From positions 10,046,001 to 10,110,000 of the forward strand of contig CM075996.1 in NCBI GenBank assembly GCA_038087875.1: a DNA stretch of 64,000 nt, written 5' to 3'. This document shows, in pieces, positions 63,325-64,000 of the stretch. Position 1 is the stretch's first letter; each line of letters starts with the position of its first letter. The notes below the pieces were generated by a model. That model was not told where the DNA came from. It was given only the letters and a program-made list of their open reading frames with translations, and made no database searches. The stretch comes from Malacoraja senta. Lineage: Eukaryota. The translations under genes were made by a program, and so were the position numbers.

Positions 63325-63665
63325 ACCTCAAAGCACAGAGTCTCCTGCCCAGAGTAGGTGCATTTCGGACCAGAGAACATAAGCTTAAGTTGTCGGGGAA
63401 AAGATTTAATAGGTATCCGAAGGGTAACGTTTTCACACAAAGGATGGTGGGTGTATGGAACAAGCTGGCAGAGGAGGTAGTTAGTTGAGGCTGGGACTAT
63501 CCCAACATTTAAGAAACAGTTAGACAGTTACATGGATAGGACAGGTTTGGAGGGATATGAACCAAAAGCATGCAGGGGGGACTAGTGTAGCTGGGACATG
63601 TTGGCCGTAGTGGGCAAGTTGGGCCGAAGGGCCTGTTTCCATGCTGTATCACTCTATGATTCTAT
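63325..63665 (+). mobile_element. CR1 LINE 3' tail
   Basis: Conserved 3' region as in the other copies. Confidence 0.85.
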
Positions 63666-64000
63666 CCAATCACTCCTTATTATTTAAGTCCTCCAGCCCA
63701 AGCAACATTCCTGTGAATCTTATTGCATCCTAGCTAGTTTAATCACATCCTTCCTCCAGTATGGTGACCGATCTTGAATAATATACTCCAAATGTGGCTT
63801 AGCCCATGATCAGTGCAGCAGCATGGCTTTCCGACTCTTGTCCGCCATGCCTTGGCCGATGAAGGCAACATTTCACTACACCTTGTGTAGGAAAGAGCTA
63901 CAGATGCTGGTTTAAATCGAAGGTAGACACAAAATGCTGGAGTAACTCAGCGGGACAGGCAGCATCTCTGGAGAGAAGGAATGGGTGATGTTTCGGCTCG

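Overview
Repeat-dense vertebrate genomic DNA, most likely a cartilaginous fish (skate/ray-like, judged from the abundant HE1-type tRNA-derived SINE and HER1/CR1-type LINE fragments). There is a 200-N assembly gap at 48155-48354. Most of the window is transposable-element debris: CR1, Tx1/L1-clade, Rex1/Babar, Penelope, Gypsy LTR and DIRS retroelements, a Helitron, and a set of Harbinger elements/MITEs. Hidden in it on the minus strand are two exons of a BAFF-receptor-like gene (TNFRSF13C-like): a transmembrane exon (48938-49114) that splices in frame to a terminal exon ending in the TRAF-binding motif PMPATELGSTVLVTTKT (33494-33810). I could not find the cysteine-rich ligand-binding exon in the window. 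A near-identical second copy of the terminal exon lies at 8206-8522 inside a 1.4-kb block that looks like a reciprocal chimera of the two loci. Other notable structure: roughly two dozen Penelope-derived repeats carrying a minimal hammerhead-ribozyme motif; a Helitron (TC...hairpin-CTAG at an A|T site) that splits a CR1 and encloses a full-length, (GA)n-flanked Tx1 LINE; and Harbinger MITEs with different interiors inserted at the same position of the SINE. All calls are by eye; no searches or alignments were run, and most TE boundaries are approximate.
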